64,000 nt of DNA from the NCBI RefSeq assembly GCF_009914755.1, contig NC_060939.1. The stretch is one strand, 5' to 3'. The notes beneath the pieces are model-generated. The model searched no databases, was not told the origin of the DNA, and was given only the letters and a program-made list of their open reading frames with translations. Below, in pieces: positions 22,354 through 38,379 of the stretch. The DNA is from the human T2T-CHM13v2.0 reference genome, Homo sapiens. Numbering within the stretch: position 1 is the first letter of the stretch; each line of letters starts with the position of its first letter. The translations under genes and the position numbers were made by a program.

Positions 22354-22559
22354 CTTGCAAATCAAGTACCAGTAACTCCCCTCTTGTATATTCGTAAGTC
22401 CAGTGGCTAAAGGCTAGCATGATCTCTTCCAGAGTATTAGTTGGAATAATCTCATCTCCATTATTATTGTTGTATTTTCTAAATTCTCCAGTCATACATT
22501 CTTCCACAGCAAACCACTGTCCTGCTGAATGGCAATACAGCAGGAAAACTTCAAGGAAC
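22354..22559 (-). CDS. TRPM7: TRPM7 exon 36 (FLEVFLLY...FSHWTY...LVLDLQ), alpha-kinase catalytic loop
   Basis: tataag|GTTC...CAAG|gtaaat; 206 nt. Confidence 0.96.
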
Positions 22560-22716
22560 CTTATAAAAAATAGTTATAAATATTACTAGCAGTTTTGTTA
22601 ATAAAATTCTAATTGATCTACAAAATGGATAATTAAATATTCAACATCAAAAATGAAGGTCAAAAGGGACTGCTATCCATATAATAAAAGATCCCAGAAA
22701 AAAATTAAAGATTTAC

Positions 22717-22799
22717 CTTGGAGAATATGGTATGGATTTGGGTTTCATTTGATTAAAGGCAAACGTAAGCTTTTGTGCTGCTCTCTGTTGTTGAATTTC
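22717..22799 (-). CDS. TRPM7: TRPM7 exon 35 (EIQQQRAA...IPYSP)
   Basis: ttatag|GAA...CAAG|gtaaat; 83 nt. Confidence 0.95.
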
Positions 22800-22931
22800 C
22801 TATAAAAGGGAGGGTGGGGAGAACCCTTGTTTAATATTTAAACTAAGATTATATTTGGCTTATTGATATTTCAGAAGTTAAAATATAAAGCTTAAATTAT
22901 GTTCCACTATTAAATATTCACTGACACTTAC

Positions 22932-23215
22932 TCTCAGACAGAGATGCAGAACTGTATCTTCTTTGTAAATACTTGACCATGTATTAACCACCTCTGGAAG
23001 AAAAGATTTGATAATATAAAGATGCCCTGATTTGAGGATATCATGTTCTGACCAGGTACACTGTACTTTGACAGCTCTTCGTAAACCTCCTCCCATCTCC
23101 TCTTTGCTTAAAAACTCTATTTTGGCACAGAGGCCTAGTTGTGACCAAGAAGACATGCTGTTATTTAGTATGTTGGGTGAACTCTCTTCCAAACGATACA
23201 CTGTGACAGGCTCCC
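22932..23215 (-). CDS. TRPM7: TRPM7 exon 34, alpha-kinase N-lobe (GGGLRRA P-loop, K1648)
   Basis: ttgcag|GGGAG...AGA|gtaagt; 284 nt; ORF 22878..23201. Confidence 0.97.
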
Positions 23216-23803
23216 CTGCAACACAAATGGAAAAAGTTTAAGATTAAATTGTGACTTTTTAAAAACGACAAAGTAAAATAAAAATTAGCAGGCATCTTTG
23301 ATTAAGGAACAGAAGATAAAATGGACCAAGATGTAGTTTTATACAAAGAAATTTAATAGCAATAGGTAAGAAATCAAGGATACTTTCATAATATCTTTGA
23401 ATTCATGTGTAATGTTAGGCATTTTTGAAATTCTGGCATTTTAGAGAAAACCTTTAAAAAAGCAACTAAAATTCTACACACTTCTGAATTAAACTTAGAA
23501 GTTAGAGCTGTTTCATGGACACTGTGATGTCAGTTTATATAAATTACTAGATAGTGGATCAAGAACTTTTTAGAATTAGAATATATTGTTGCTTCTGAAT
23601 ATGCCAGTAATGGAGAAACTCAATATTTCTGATGCTTCCCTTCTTCTATTCAAACATACCTCACCCTTGTGGTAGTCAGATTAATCAAGAATTTATTTGA
23701 AATTGATACTTCTTAATGTAATCCCACCCACATTCTATATTATAGCTAAAAATCATTAAAGGGTTAATTTTCACTTATTTATTTCTTTAATTTTTGGATT
23801 TAC

Positions 23804-23869
23804 CTCTTGGAGGCACAGGTGTAAATGGAATGCTCTGTGATAACCTCATCAAGTTATTTCTTTCCACAG
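23804..23869 (-). CDS. TRPM7: TRPM7 exon 33 ([21 protein letters not shown]), kinase dimerisation segment
   Basis: atgcag|CTGTG...AGAG|gtaaat; 66 nt; 79-nt upstream intron. Confidence 0.95.
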
Positions 23870-23948
23870 CTGCATAAAAATGAGAGAGAAATAATTAAAT
23901 CTGTAAAGGTCCAAAATGCTATTAAATTTTGTTTTTAATATTACTGAC

Positions 23949-23999
23949 CTGAATAATAGTAATTTGTATCCATAGCTGGCTTAAATGGAGAAGTGAGAC
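23949..23999 (-). CDS. TRPM7: TRPM7 exon 32 (LTSPFKPAMDTNYYYS)
   Basis: ttctag|GTCTC...TCAG|gtcagt; 51 nt. Confidence 0.94.
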
Positions 24000-24903
24000 C
24001 TAGAATGGCAAATAAACAAACGAGACCATTTAAAAAGTACTAGTACAGCAAAAATTTTAACCCGGATAATCTCATAAAATCATTTTGAATTTCCATAGTG
24101 TAACTGTTCCTCACAAAAACAGAAAAATTAGGGATAAAATATGTCCACTGTGCTATATTACCCTATTTCATTATGCCAGATTAGTGACAGCTGTGCATTT
24201 AGACACCTACAAGTGAAGAGCACATTATGCTGCACACTATCCTAACTCCTGCCATAAACTCACTCCTCCCATACCTCCCATTCAGAAAGAAAAATCTCTC
24301 TTTGATTCTGATGTTTGGGGGTTGGGGACTGTAGCCATGTAAATATTTTAGCAGGTCTACCATGAGAAGATGAACTTCTGGAATGTGAAACATACCCATC
24401 AAAAGCCCTTCCCCCATCTTTTTGTGTGTGTGTGTGGAATTGACCTTTAAATGTTGCAAGAAGACAAAGACAAGTCAAATCTGCTATGTGCTAAGTTTCT
24501 AGAACACAAATAAAAAGAAACCTACTGTCTTGCAGGAAAAGGAAGTTAGCCAACAGTTTTAATACTGTATAAAAATATACTTTAAAAATGTGTATATACA
24601 CATACATGTGTGCACATACTGTACGACTATATAGGAGTACCTAATGCCTTTTGGTTGAGAAGACGTCAAAGCTATCTCAGAGTAAGAGAAGGGGGAAGAT
24701 TGACCTATAGTGCTTTTTGGACATACATCCACCCAGATGTCACTCCAAAATATTCTAATTCTGTAGGTATGTGTCATCATAGAAATGATTCTCTACAAAT
24801 GATTTGAATATGCAGCTAAGACTACAAATTAATGGGCAAGAGTACAGGGATAACTGCAGGAGGTGAAGCTACAGAAACAGGGAATATCAAATTGTTAAGA
24901 GGA

Positions 24904-25640
<737 letters not shown>

Positions 25641-25699
25641 GGCAGGGAAGGGTGGCAGAATAGAACATTGATGAGAAGCAAAACTACAGGCAGGGACCC

Positions 25700-26290
25700 C
25701 AAACTGGTATAACCACTCTGAAAACCTATTTGGTAGTAATTACCAAATGTGAACACATGCTAACTCTGACTCAGCAATTCCACTCCTAGGCATATGCCAA
25801 TAATAAATAAATACATATGTTTATCAAACAACATGAACAAGAATGCTTGTAGCAGCAAGTCATAATAGCCATACAGTGGAAGCTACTGAAATGACCACCA
25901 AATAGCAGAATGGAAGTAAATTCAATATATTTACATAAGAAAATTTTATATAGTAGTGAGAATGCACAAATTACCACTATCCACAGCAATATTGATGAAT
26001 TTTATAACAATATGTTAAGAAGAAGAAGCAAGACACAGAACAGTATATACTGTACAATTTCATTTATATAGCCAATATGCACATACATGCAAACACTCAC
26101 ACACGCACATACACCCCAAAATAGGTGAAACTATTGTTTTAGGGGCAGGGACTATAAGAAGTAGAAACAAAGGAATGGAGATATAGGCAAAATTGTTTTT
26201 AGGTGCTGATTACATGGCTATACTTACTTTGAAAGAATTCACTGAATTCTGCACTATTCTGTATGCACTATACACTTCGATAAAAGGTTG
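25700..26290 (+). mobile_element. L1M 3' remnant
   Basis: cagcaattccactcctagg; tacacttcgataaaa end. Confidence 0.7.
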
Positions 26291-26718
26291 ACAAAGTAAT
26301 GGTCTAAGCTGAAAGCAGCAGTGGGATGTATAGTGGAGGATGGATTTTAGAGACATGTAGGAAGTAAATGCAATAGGACTTTGTGAGTACAAAGTCAAGG
26401 TGGTCAAGAATAACTCAGCTGACTAAAAGTTTCATTTGTTAAAACAGATGGAATATTAGAAAAGGAGCAGGCTGTATAGCAGAGACCAAGTAGCAGGGAG
26501 GAAGTGTGACAGTAAAGATATCATCATTCACAGGGTGATTCGTGTGTTTGTGAAACATCTACAGTAAGGAGAAAGTATATGAGGGAAGAACTCTTCAATA
26601 CCTTGGCTTTTTCTAGCTTGAAGTCTAAAATATCTTACCTAGAATAATGTGGTGTTTGCTGTAACAGATCATGTAAGATTCTCATTTTTTTCACGTTCAA
26701 TCTACCACACAGACTCAC

Positions 26719-26744
26719 CATTTAATGTTCCTTCTTCAGATGGC
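26719..26744 (-). CDS. TRPM7: TRPM7 exon 31 (PSEEGTLN), 26-nt microexon
   Basis: ctttag|GCCA...AATG|gtgagt. Confidence 0.92.
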
Positions 26745-27869
26745 CTAAAGAAACACCAAAAAATATAGTATAAGCTGTGCTATGATTTAAGTTTTGGCTA
26801 TCATTTAATTTTTTGATTTTATACAATTATTATATAAAAAATATTATTAAGGAAATTCTGAAATTGATTCCCTTTGAATATTTGCCATTTCCCTTAAGCC
26901 AATCCCAATCCATATATAGATATATATATCTATATATATATATCCATATGTATCTACTTATTAATAACTTGTATCTCCAATTTATGCATAAATATTATTA
27001 GCAGTTTGGTGCCAAATTGAAGGCTCTATACTAATAAACTATTTCATAACTTCTGTATTCGTGGAGATTCATTCCAGTACTGTAACAATACATTGAGATG
27101 ACTTTGCAGGATGCTAGAAATATTTCAATAGAATTGATGGACAAAGAACTGAGAGAAAAGTAAGTAGATGTCATTTTGCCTCTTAGTTTCTAATGTTGAA
27201 AAATATTTCTCCCAATGTTAACTGTATTTATTTATAACAACATACACTGGCACCAAATGCAGGTTCTTTTACTTCCAAGGATTCCAGTGTCAACTAGACA
27301 CACAGGTAGAGTGGAAAAGAGAACAGAATGAGAATAAAGGAAAACGGGTTAGAGGCTTAGCACTTTCATTACACAGCTATGTAGCCTTGCTCAGGAATGA
27401 AAGGACCAGATCCAGAAAGGACCTTGGGAGTAGATAACCTGTCTCTTTCCAGCTCCTACATTCTATCTGACCCTGTTGTTTCCTGTTGATTTTCACCTTA
27501 ATAGAAACATTTTCTTACAAAAAGTATTTTGAACCTAACATCATTCCTTTGCCTGCTGCTAATCAATCACTCTTTTCTCAGCACTCAAAGGGCTGCCAAT
27601 CAGCTCCACCTTTATGGGTAATTCTCAGGGTCAGCATTCTGCAAGACAATGTTCTGTTGTTAGACACCGGAATTAACACCAACTTGAAGTGCCTATTTTG
27701 TACTTACATCCCATGGCTTTGGTTATAAAAGAAAATATTCCTTGAAGAGGTCTGACTATAGGTGGGCCTTCCAAATGCCATTCCAGGGTCAGGAAACTCA
27801 ATTTGAGCAGCTGCTTATCCTGTGGCCCAGGTTTATTTTCTTCTTTATATATTCAGATTTATTTATTTT

Positions 27870-28196
<327 letters not shown>

Positions 28197-28953
28197 TAAT
28201 AATTTCCCCCAAATTGGCTTCTCTGCTCAAGTAATCCATATGACAGAATAACTCTACCATGCTTCCAGTATCAGGTGGGTGTCAAAACAAGACTTTTTTT
28301 TTTATTTTTTTGCATATCCTTTGGAATTCTACAATACTAATTCCTAGGATGGAAACACAGAGATTATCTTAGATTTGTCTTTACCCTTATGTCTAATATG
28401 TACTAAAAAGTTTTACTTTCTGGGGACAATAACCTGTCAGATTGCCTATAGTTTCCACTTTTGGTTTTGGATTACCACATCAGCTTTCTAGTGGATCTTC
28501 CTGTATGCAGGCTTTCTAATGCATACTGTGTATTACTGCTCTAATCATCAAAGTGCTTACCAAAAGCAGATGCAAGGTTTTGACTAGAATGATGGATAGA
28601 GAAATCAAGCAAGTACAAAACTAAAGTCTCAAACTAGGTCTCTCAACAAATTTATTCAGGAATAAGTTAGAAACAGGACTAAATAATAAAATCAGAATTG
28701 TATCACTATTAGGAAGACCTTAGTAGAGTTGTAATTATGGTACAACTATATGAAAATAATAAATTTTAACTTTTATATTAATTCATAATAAACTTGTTCC
28801 CCTAATCTCATCTATGTGAAGAGAGGAGATGCTAGAATAAATAATCATCACTCATAAAGAAATGTTAAAGAGATGATGTAAAGAGCAGGAAAAAAGACAA
28901 CATTCAATAACTATGATACTTCGCAAGCTAATGGTAAGAAAAAGCTTACTTAC

Positions 28954-28988
28954 ATTTCTCTGTTTGATGGTCTATCTTGTAACCAATC
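28954..28988 (-). CDS. TRPM7: TRPM7 exon 30 (DWLQDRPSNRE)
   Basis: ctgaag|GAT...AAT|gtaagt; 35 nt. Confidence 0.92.
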
Positions 28989-29274
28989 CTTCAGTAAAAA
29001 AAAAACACACACACACAAAAACCTTAAAGACAAAAATCTCTAGATGAAGCATAACGGTTTAACTTTTTTTCTTATATTTTAAGAATGAAAGGCCAAAAAA
29101 CTAACATACAGTTCTTGTTTCATAAAACAATAAATTTATTTATTATAACTGTATTTACTGTAAATGTAACTACCATAAGACTATTCAACAAGGTGGAATA
29201 AAAAATTCTGTTATTTCCCACAACATTGTCTTTCTATTCTTTATGAATTTTTATATTGTTTGAAGACAATTCTA

Positions 29275-30338
<1,064 letters not shown>

Positions 30339-31168
30339 CCCACCGAGTTTTTTTTTTATTTCTAGTTTTTCAAATTTGCCAGTCTTTTTGAATAGTATCT
30401 CCTTCTTTTCTCATGTTTTATATTTAAAACTTTTTTATGTCCATCATCACTTTAAACATACTTATTTTGTCATCTATAACCAATAATTCCACTATCTTAT
30501 CAGAAATCAAATACCGTTTATGTAAGTTGACTCCCATGAGTTCTAAATTGCCATTGTGAGGTCATCTTCGGTTAGGCTTTAATTTGTTGCAAAGTTGTGC
30601 AGCTCAGGGTCAGGAAGAGTCCCTCCAGAAAGGAGGATTTGTTACTGTGAATCTCTTTGTTAACTAACCTCTTTCCCCACTGAAATAACTTTTTTCAATA
30701 ACATGATTTTAACAACATAATCTCTCTATGCCAGAACAGATATATTTTGAATGTAAGTCAATATTTTCTTGAGCAAAATTATGAGCACTGACTTATATAT
30801 AATACTTGATTATAAAGGAGTAATTTTTCTGCCTTTTCCTGAGCTTTTTGTCTTGTCAGTGTGTGCTTTTAAAGGGAATTTGCAAAATCAATCATTATCG
30901 CAGTTAGCTGGAAATGAGTTCATATAATTAGCTTCAATTCAAACAAAAAGAGATTCCTGCCTTTATTCTGCATAAATTTTTCTTTAAAATTCCTGACTAT
31001 TCACTGTAAGAAACTTTTCTGTAACTGCTACTATGCTAAAGTCAGTTTTCTTAAGAAAAATTTTTTTGAATTTTTGATATAGTCCCAAATATCACCACTT
31101 TGTAGATCTTATCTAAAAAAGTTTAATGTATTTAATAATATATATCTGTTTAGTTGAAATCTACAAAC

Positions 31169-31239
31169 CGGTATTAAAGCTGCTTTGGAATCTACTTCAT
31201 GAGTGTCTTCGGTAGATGGCCTTCTACTGATTTTTTCTG
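31169..31239 (-). CDS. TRPM7: TRPM7 exon 29 (EKISRRPS...EVDSKAALIP), NAGNAG acceptor
   Basis: ttttag|CAG|AAA...CCG|gtttgt; 71 or 68 nt. Confidence 0.94.
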
Positions 31240-31653
31240 CTAAAAGAAAATTAAAAAATATAAAAAAGCTACACAACTGAAGTTTTATGAATACCAACTA
31301 ACCAAACACAAAGTATTCTAGGCACAGTATAACCTTCATAAGATAACTCAACCTTTCCTCAACACGCTGAACACAAGAGTTACATGAGGCCCATAAATTA
31401 TTCAATTTATTTTGAGTAAACTATTCAATTTATTGTGAAAAGGCAACAATAAATGAGAGTATGAAGTAAAAAAAAATTTCTCCCCCTCCTGTTCCCAATC
31501 ACCCTGACTGGGGACAGTAAAGGTAATTCATTTCTTGCATATTCTTCCTGGGATATTTGTATGTGTATACACATACCCCCGCCAATATTTAACATAAATG
31601 GTAGAGAAACATATATGTCTGGAGGGTTTTGTTATTTTAAACTTTAAGCTTAG

Positions 31654-31954
<301 letters not shown>

Positions 31955-32629
31955 GCTTAGAGATTTTCTACAGAACAGAGAAGATTTCCCAATTATCTTT
32001 CGATGCTCTCTTTATTTCATATTGGATACACATTAATGTATTTAAACAAACTCCTACTGATGGAAATTTGATCTGTTTCCAATCTCTTCCTATGATAAAC
32101 AGTGCCGCAATGAATAATCCTTTTCCCCAATTTATGATAATACCTTTGTTGTCATATCTTATTTATCCGAAATGAACTTTAGAATTAAGCCTACTTCCAA
32201 AAAAAGTCAGGTCATTAAGTTACAAATCAACTTAGAGAAAGCTTACAATTTTACAGTACAACAAAGGATAACCTCAGAATGAAGAAAGGAAAATCTCAGA
32301 ACAAAATTTGTATTCCAGGTGTAGAGGACAAAAAGACCAGACTGAGATATATTAGAAGACTCTGGGCAAAATGTTTTCAATATGATGAAACTGACAGAAT
32401 ACATTATATTCTGAATATCATGAAGAAATCTGGTTAAATACCAGAGAACCTAGAGTGTTGATTTAACCAAAACTGTAACTATACTTGGTGGAAAAGGGTG
32501 AACAGGTGTGTGTGTGTATGTTCGTTCTGGGAATACAGAGTGAGAAAAGAGAGTTCAATTCTTGTCTTCTTTAGTGGAAGGTCAACAGATACGGCCTAAA
32601 ACTGAAATATGAGGATGCTGCAATACAGG

Positions 32630-32860
32630 TAGGTTTGAGTATTTCTAGTGATCACTTACTAGAAATGCTTGGGATCAGAAGTGTTTCAGATTTCTGTTTT
32701 TTTTTTTTTTTTTAAATTTTGGAATATTTGCATTATACTCACCCAGGTGAGCATCTGAAAATCTGAAATCTGAAACGCTCCAATGAGCATTTCCTTTCAG
32801 TCAGTACTCAAAAATTTTGGATTTAGGAGCATTTTAGATTTTGGGATGTTCAATCCATAT
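32630..32860 (+). mobile_element. Tigger4a/MER46-type MITE
   Basis: gaaatgcttggga.cagaagtgtttc...ttttggaatatttgcattatac...ctccaatgagcatttcctt. Confidence 0.8.
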
Positions 32861-32871
32861 AAGCATACTAA

Positions 32872-33438
<567 letters not shown>

Positions 33439-34471
33439 ACTCTACCATTTATTTTACTTGCTTTACTGCTCTGGCTAGAATGTAAAACAGAAACAGTAAC
33501 AGTCAAAATCCTTGTCTTGCTCCCCATCTTGGGCTTTCAATAGTTCACTATGAAGTTTGATGCTTTGTGATAATTTTTTGTTGATATCCTTTTTGAGATT
33601 AAGAATGAATACTGAATGTTAACCAAATCAGCTGTTAAGATGATCTCATGATTTTTCTCCTTTAATCTGCTACTATCATGCATTATCACAATTATATTTT
33701 TGAATGTTAAGACAACTTTTATTCCTGGAATAAACCCAATTTGGTCATAATATGCATTGCTGAATTCAGTATGCCAAAGGAAAATGAAAGTGATGGTGAG
33801 ATGGACAATGTAGTACTATTTTTCTTAAGGAACCTTTATAATTATTCAACTTTTCAACGATGTGCATATATAATCTTGACTTATAAAAAATTATGATATG
33901 GAAACATCACCACAATATAGTAAATGAGAAATTAATGGTACAAGGCAACATGTATTGTCTGTGACCTTTTGTGTAAAAAATGAGAGGTATAAGATTGTAC
34001 TGTCATACATGACTGTATAAGCATGAAACTCTAAAGGGTAGACAAATAGTGGTAAATGTGGGAACAGAGTGAGAGAGAAAATTTTCAGAGTGTGTGTATT
34101 TTAATTTTGAACCAAAAATGTATGATTTTTAAAAGTTAAACTAGAAAAATATGTTGAATAAGTGATGATACAGATTAAAACATGATACAGATGAACAGAT
34201 ACATTTGCAAAAGCTAAAAGCAGCAGATTTACAAAAAGTTTTTCTATTCCATCTTTACAGAATAAACAATTTGTAAAACATATTCTAATAAAACATTCTA
34301 ATGAATGCTAGGATTACGACTTATTCAAGGTTACAGTCACTATGGCAGATCAGAATTTTCGTCTTCTGACTCCTGCACCATTCACTGCTCATGTGTTTGA
34401 CAAACATAAAATACATTTAAAGTGTAAATGAGTATGTTTTCTGACACTATTCATATGGTCAAAATACTCAC

Positions 34472-34568
34472 CTTGTTTTGAATGAACAGGAATGGAAGTT
34501 CTGTGACAGTCAGTAAATCCAGCAAGAGAACTCACTCGTTTCAAAGTGTTTTCAGAAGTATTGTTATT
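34472..34568 (-). CDS. TRPM7: TRPM7 exon 28 (NNNTSENT...GFTDC...VHSKQ), contains T1482
   Basis: ttgcag|AAT...CAAG|gtgagt; 97 nt. Confidence 0.95.
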
Positions 34569-34816
34569 CTGCAAATATTGTGCAGACATATAATTTGAAA
34601 ATAATTGAACTAAATTTCAACCCATTACTCTAAGTAGTATTAGAGTCCCTTGATCTATTTAGCTCAATATGCTTTATTCTACCTGGACACCAATGGGTGT
34701 ATTATAGATTATGGTTATTTTCTTCAATGCCAATTTCAAAAGCTGCACCAAAACACCTTATTTTCCTACTGTTCATAAATCCATCCAAATGAATTTTTTA
34801 TAATAATAAAAACTCA

Positions 34817-35193
<377 letters not shown>

Positions 35194-37118
35194 TCACCCC
35201 CAAAGAAGCTATTATCTTACATGTATCTTGACACACTGATAACATTAATGGTGGGGGAACTATTTCCTTTTGGGGATCTTGGTAACTTTCTTATTGCTTT
35301 GTATGAGCTATTTATACAACAAGGTTATCTATATGCTCACTATTTTGTCAGATTTCAATTTGTATTTCAAATTTCTTTTGACTATGTTTTTTAGGTACTT
35401 AAATCTCTACATTTTCCCTTAATATTTTTCTATTATTTATGTGTTTGGAAAGCCCTGAAGGCTTTACTGGCTCAATAAATACTGCTTTTTTTTTTTTTTT
35501 TTTTGAGATGGAGTCTTGCTCCATCTCAAAAAAAAAGTTGTTTAAATCAAAACACAGCTACTGCTTTTCTGCTAACTCACAGAAACTTGCAATGTCTTGT
35601 TTTTATCAAGGAGTACCTGCCACTTAAAAATTTTCAGCACGTTTTTTCTTTAAGTTCATTATTAAAAAGGTGAAATCTGTGGGAAAACTCTGATGCTTTA
35701 CCTTTTCCCATTAAGAAATGTCCATTTATCCTAAATTTTATGTCTTACTTCTATCAAGTGCTTCGCAATAGCAAAATGATACCACCAGAGTGTGGCAATA
35801 TGACAATAATTTGTGTAAAGAAAAAGAAAATGTGATGAACTTAGGTTTAAATAATTCTACATTATAAACAGCTTTACTAAAACTTATGAAAGTCCATAAA
35901 ACATTTCATTTACCTATAAAATCTACTTCAACCCTATATGGAATACAGATATTCCATATGTCATATGGCAATAATTATAAAACCAATTTGGTAGACAGCA
36001 GTCTGTTCTTTCTTCTTTCTAGCACTTTTTCTCATTCCCGCTTTTCTTCTTTCTCTTTTTATCGTGTGTCAGCTAAGGCTACCTAAGTGAACTTGATCCA
36101 TTTATTTAGCTCTCAGTCTAAATATGCCATAATTAAAATGGTTAGAAAACACTGCAAATTATAGTCTTATGATAGGTCCGCTGAACCTACACCTATTTCC
36201 TCCATCTAAAAGCACATGGGTATATTTTAAGCTGACTTTCTGACTTCTGCATATACTAAAGAGACTTTACCTCATATTTAGGCATCTCTGTATACTCCAT
36301 AATCACATTTCTTACATCATTCTGCTGCTCCTATTTGAGGTAAGAAAATTATGCAACTATTCTCAAACTTAAAGGCAAATACAGAAAGGAAAAAACCCAG
36401 GTAATCATTACACCTCAATTTGCATATAATAACCAATTAAATACCAAGTTATCAATATCTAGTTAATAGATATTAAATTAAGTTAATTGATTTAGTACAA
36501 TACTTTAATCAAAATATGATAATAAAAATACAAAATGTTACAATATAAAAATGCATTTGAGTCTACTTTTTATATGTAGGGTAGTAAGTAATATGGCCTG
36601 ACAGCAATTACATAATTCACCTGGATCACATAAAAAGTAATCATTCATAGAAACTCCTACGTCATTATCATTTCCTTGGTTCTAGCTTTAGGAAAGGTCC
36701 TGTTTTCACTGTGTATGTCACTTAACATTTCTATAATGTAAGTTCTTTAAGGGCTAGAGAAGCTTAACACCTTTCTAGGTGTTTTTAATTATCTTGTTGT
36801 AGCCACATTACCACTCCAAAGGCTCTAAATAGCCACAAGTAATATATGAGAGCAACATTTAAGAAATAAAACCAACTTTGCAGGCAAGAATACACCTTTT
36901 TTGCCAGCTGTTCTACATATTTTGAAACTTATTTAACAAACATTTATCAAATTATCTTGCACTTGTACATAATATACAGCTTCTCACTGCTAGACAATAG
37001 GTTTCTAAGAGTCAGGGTCATGTTCAAATAAAACTTTTGGATCTGGGAAGAGTGAGCTCATTAAGTATTTAATCAGTGGAAAACATATGGGGAGAAGAAA
37101 TTTTTAAAAAAGAAATGT

Positions 37119-38235
<1,117 letters not shown>

Positions 38236-38379
38236 AAGATTATAGTTAAGTTTACAGTAACGTTAAAAGCCAAAGTCCTTATAAAACAAACCAACATGTG
38301 ATATGAATAAATAGCTCGAAATTTAAAAGAAAAAAGGGGACCAAGCATTTTTACTATTAATAAAAAAAAAAGCATTACA

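Noticed and set aside
26960-27160. Strong acceptor cttttctctcag at ~27148 with ~39 open codons
   Set aside because: No convincing donor before the stop, so it is not listed as a separate exon candidate.
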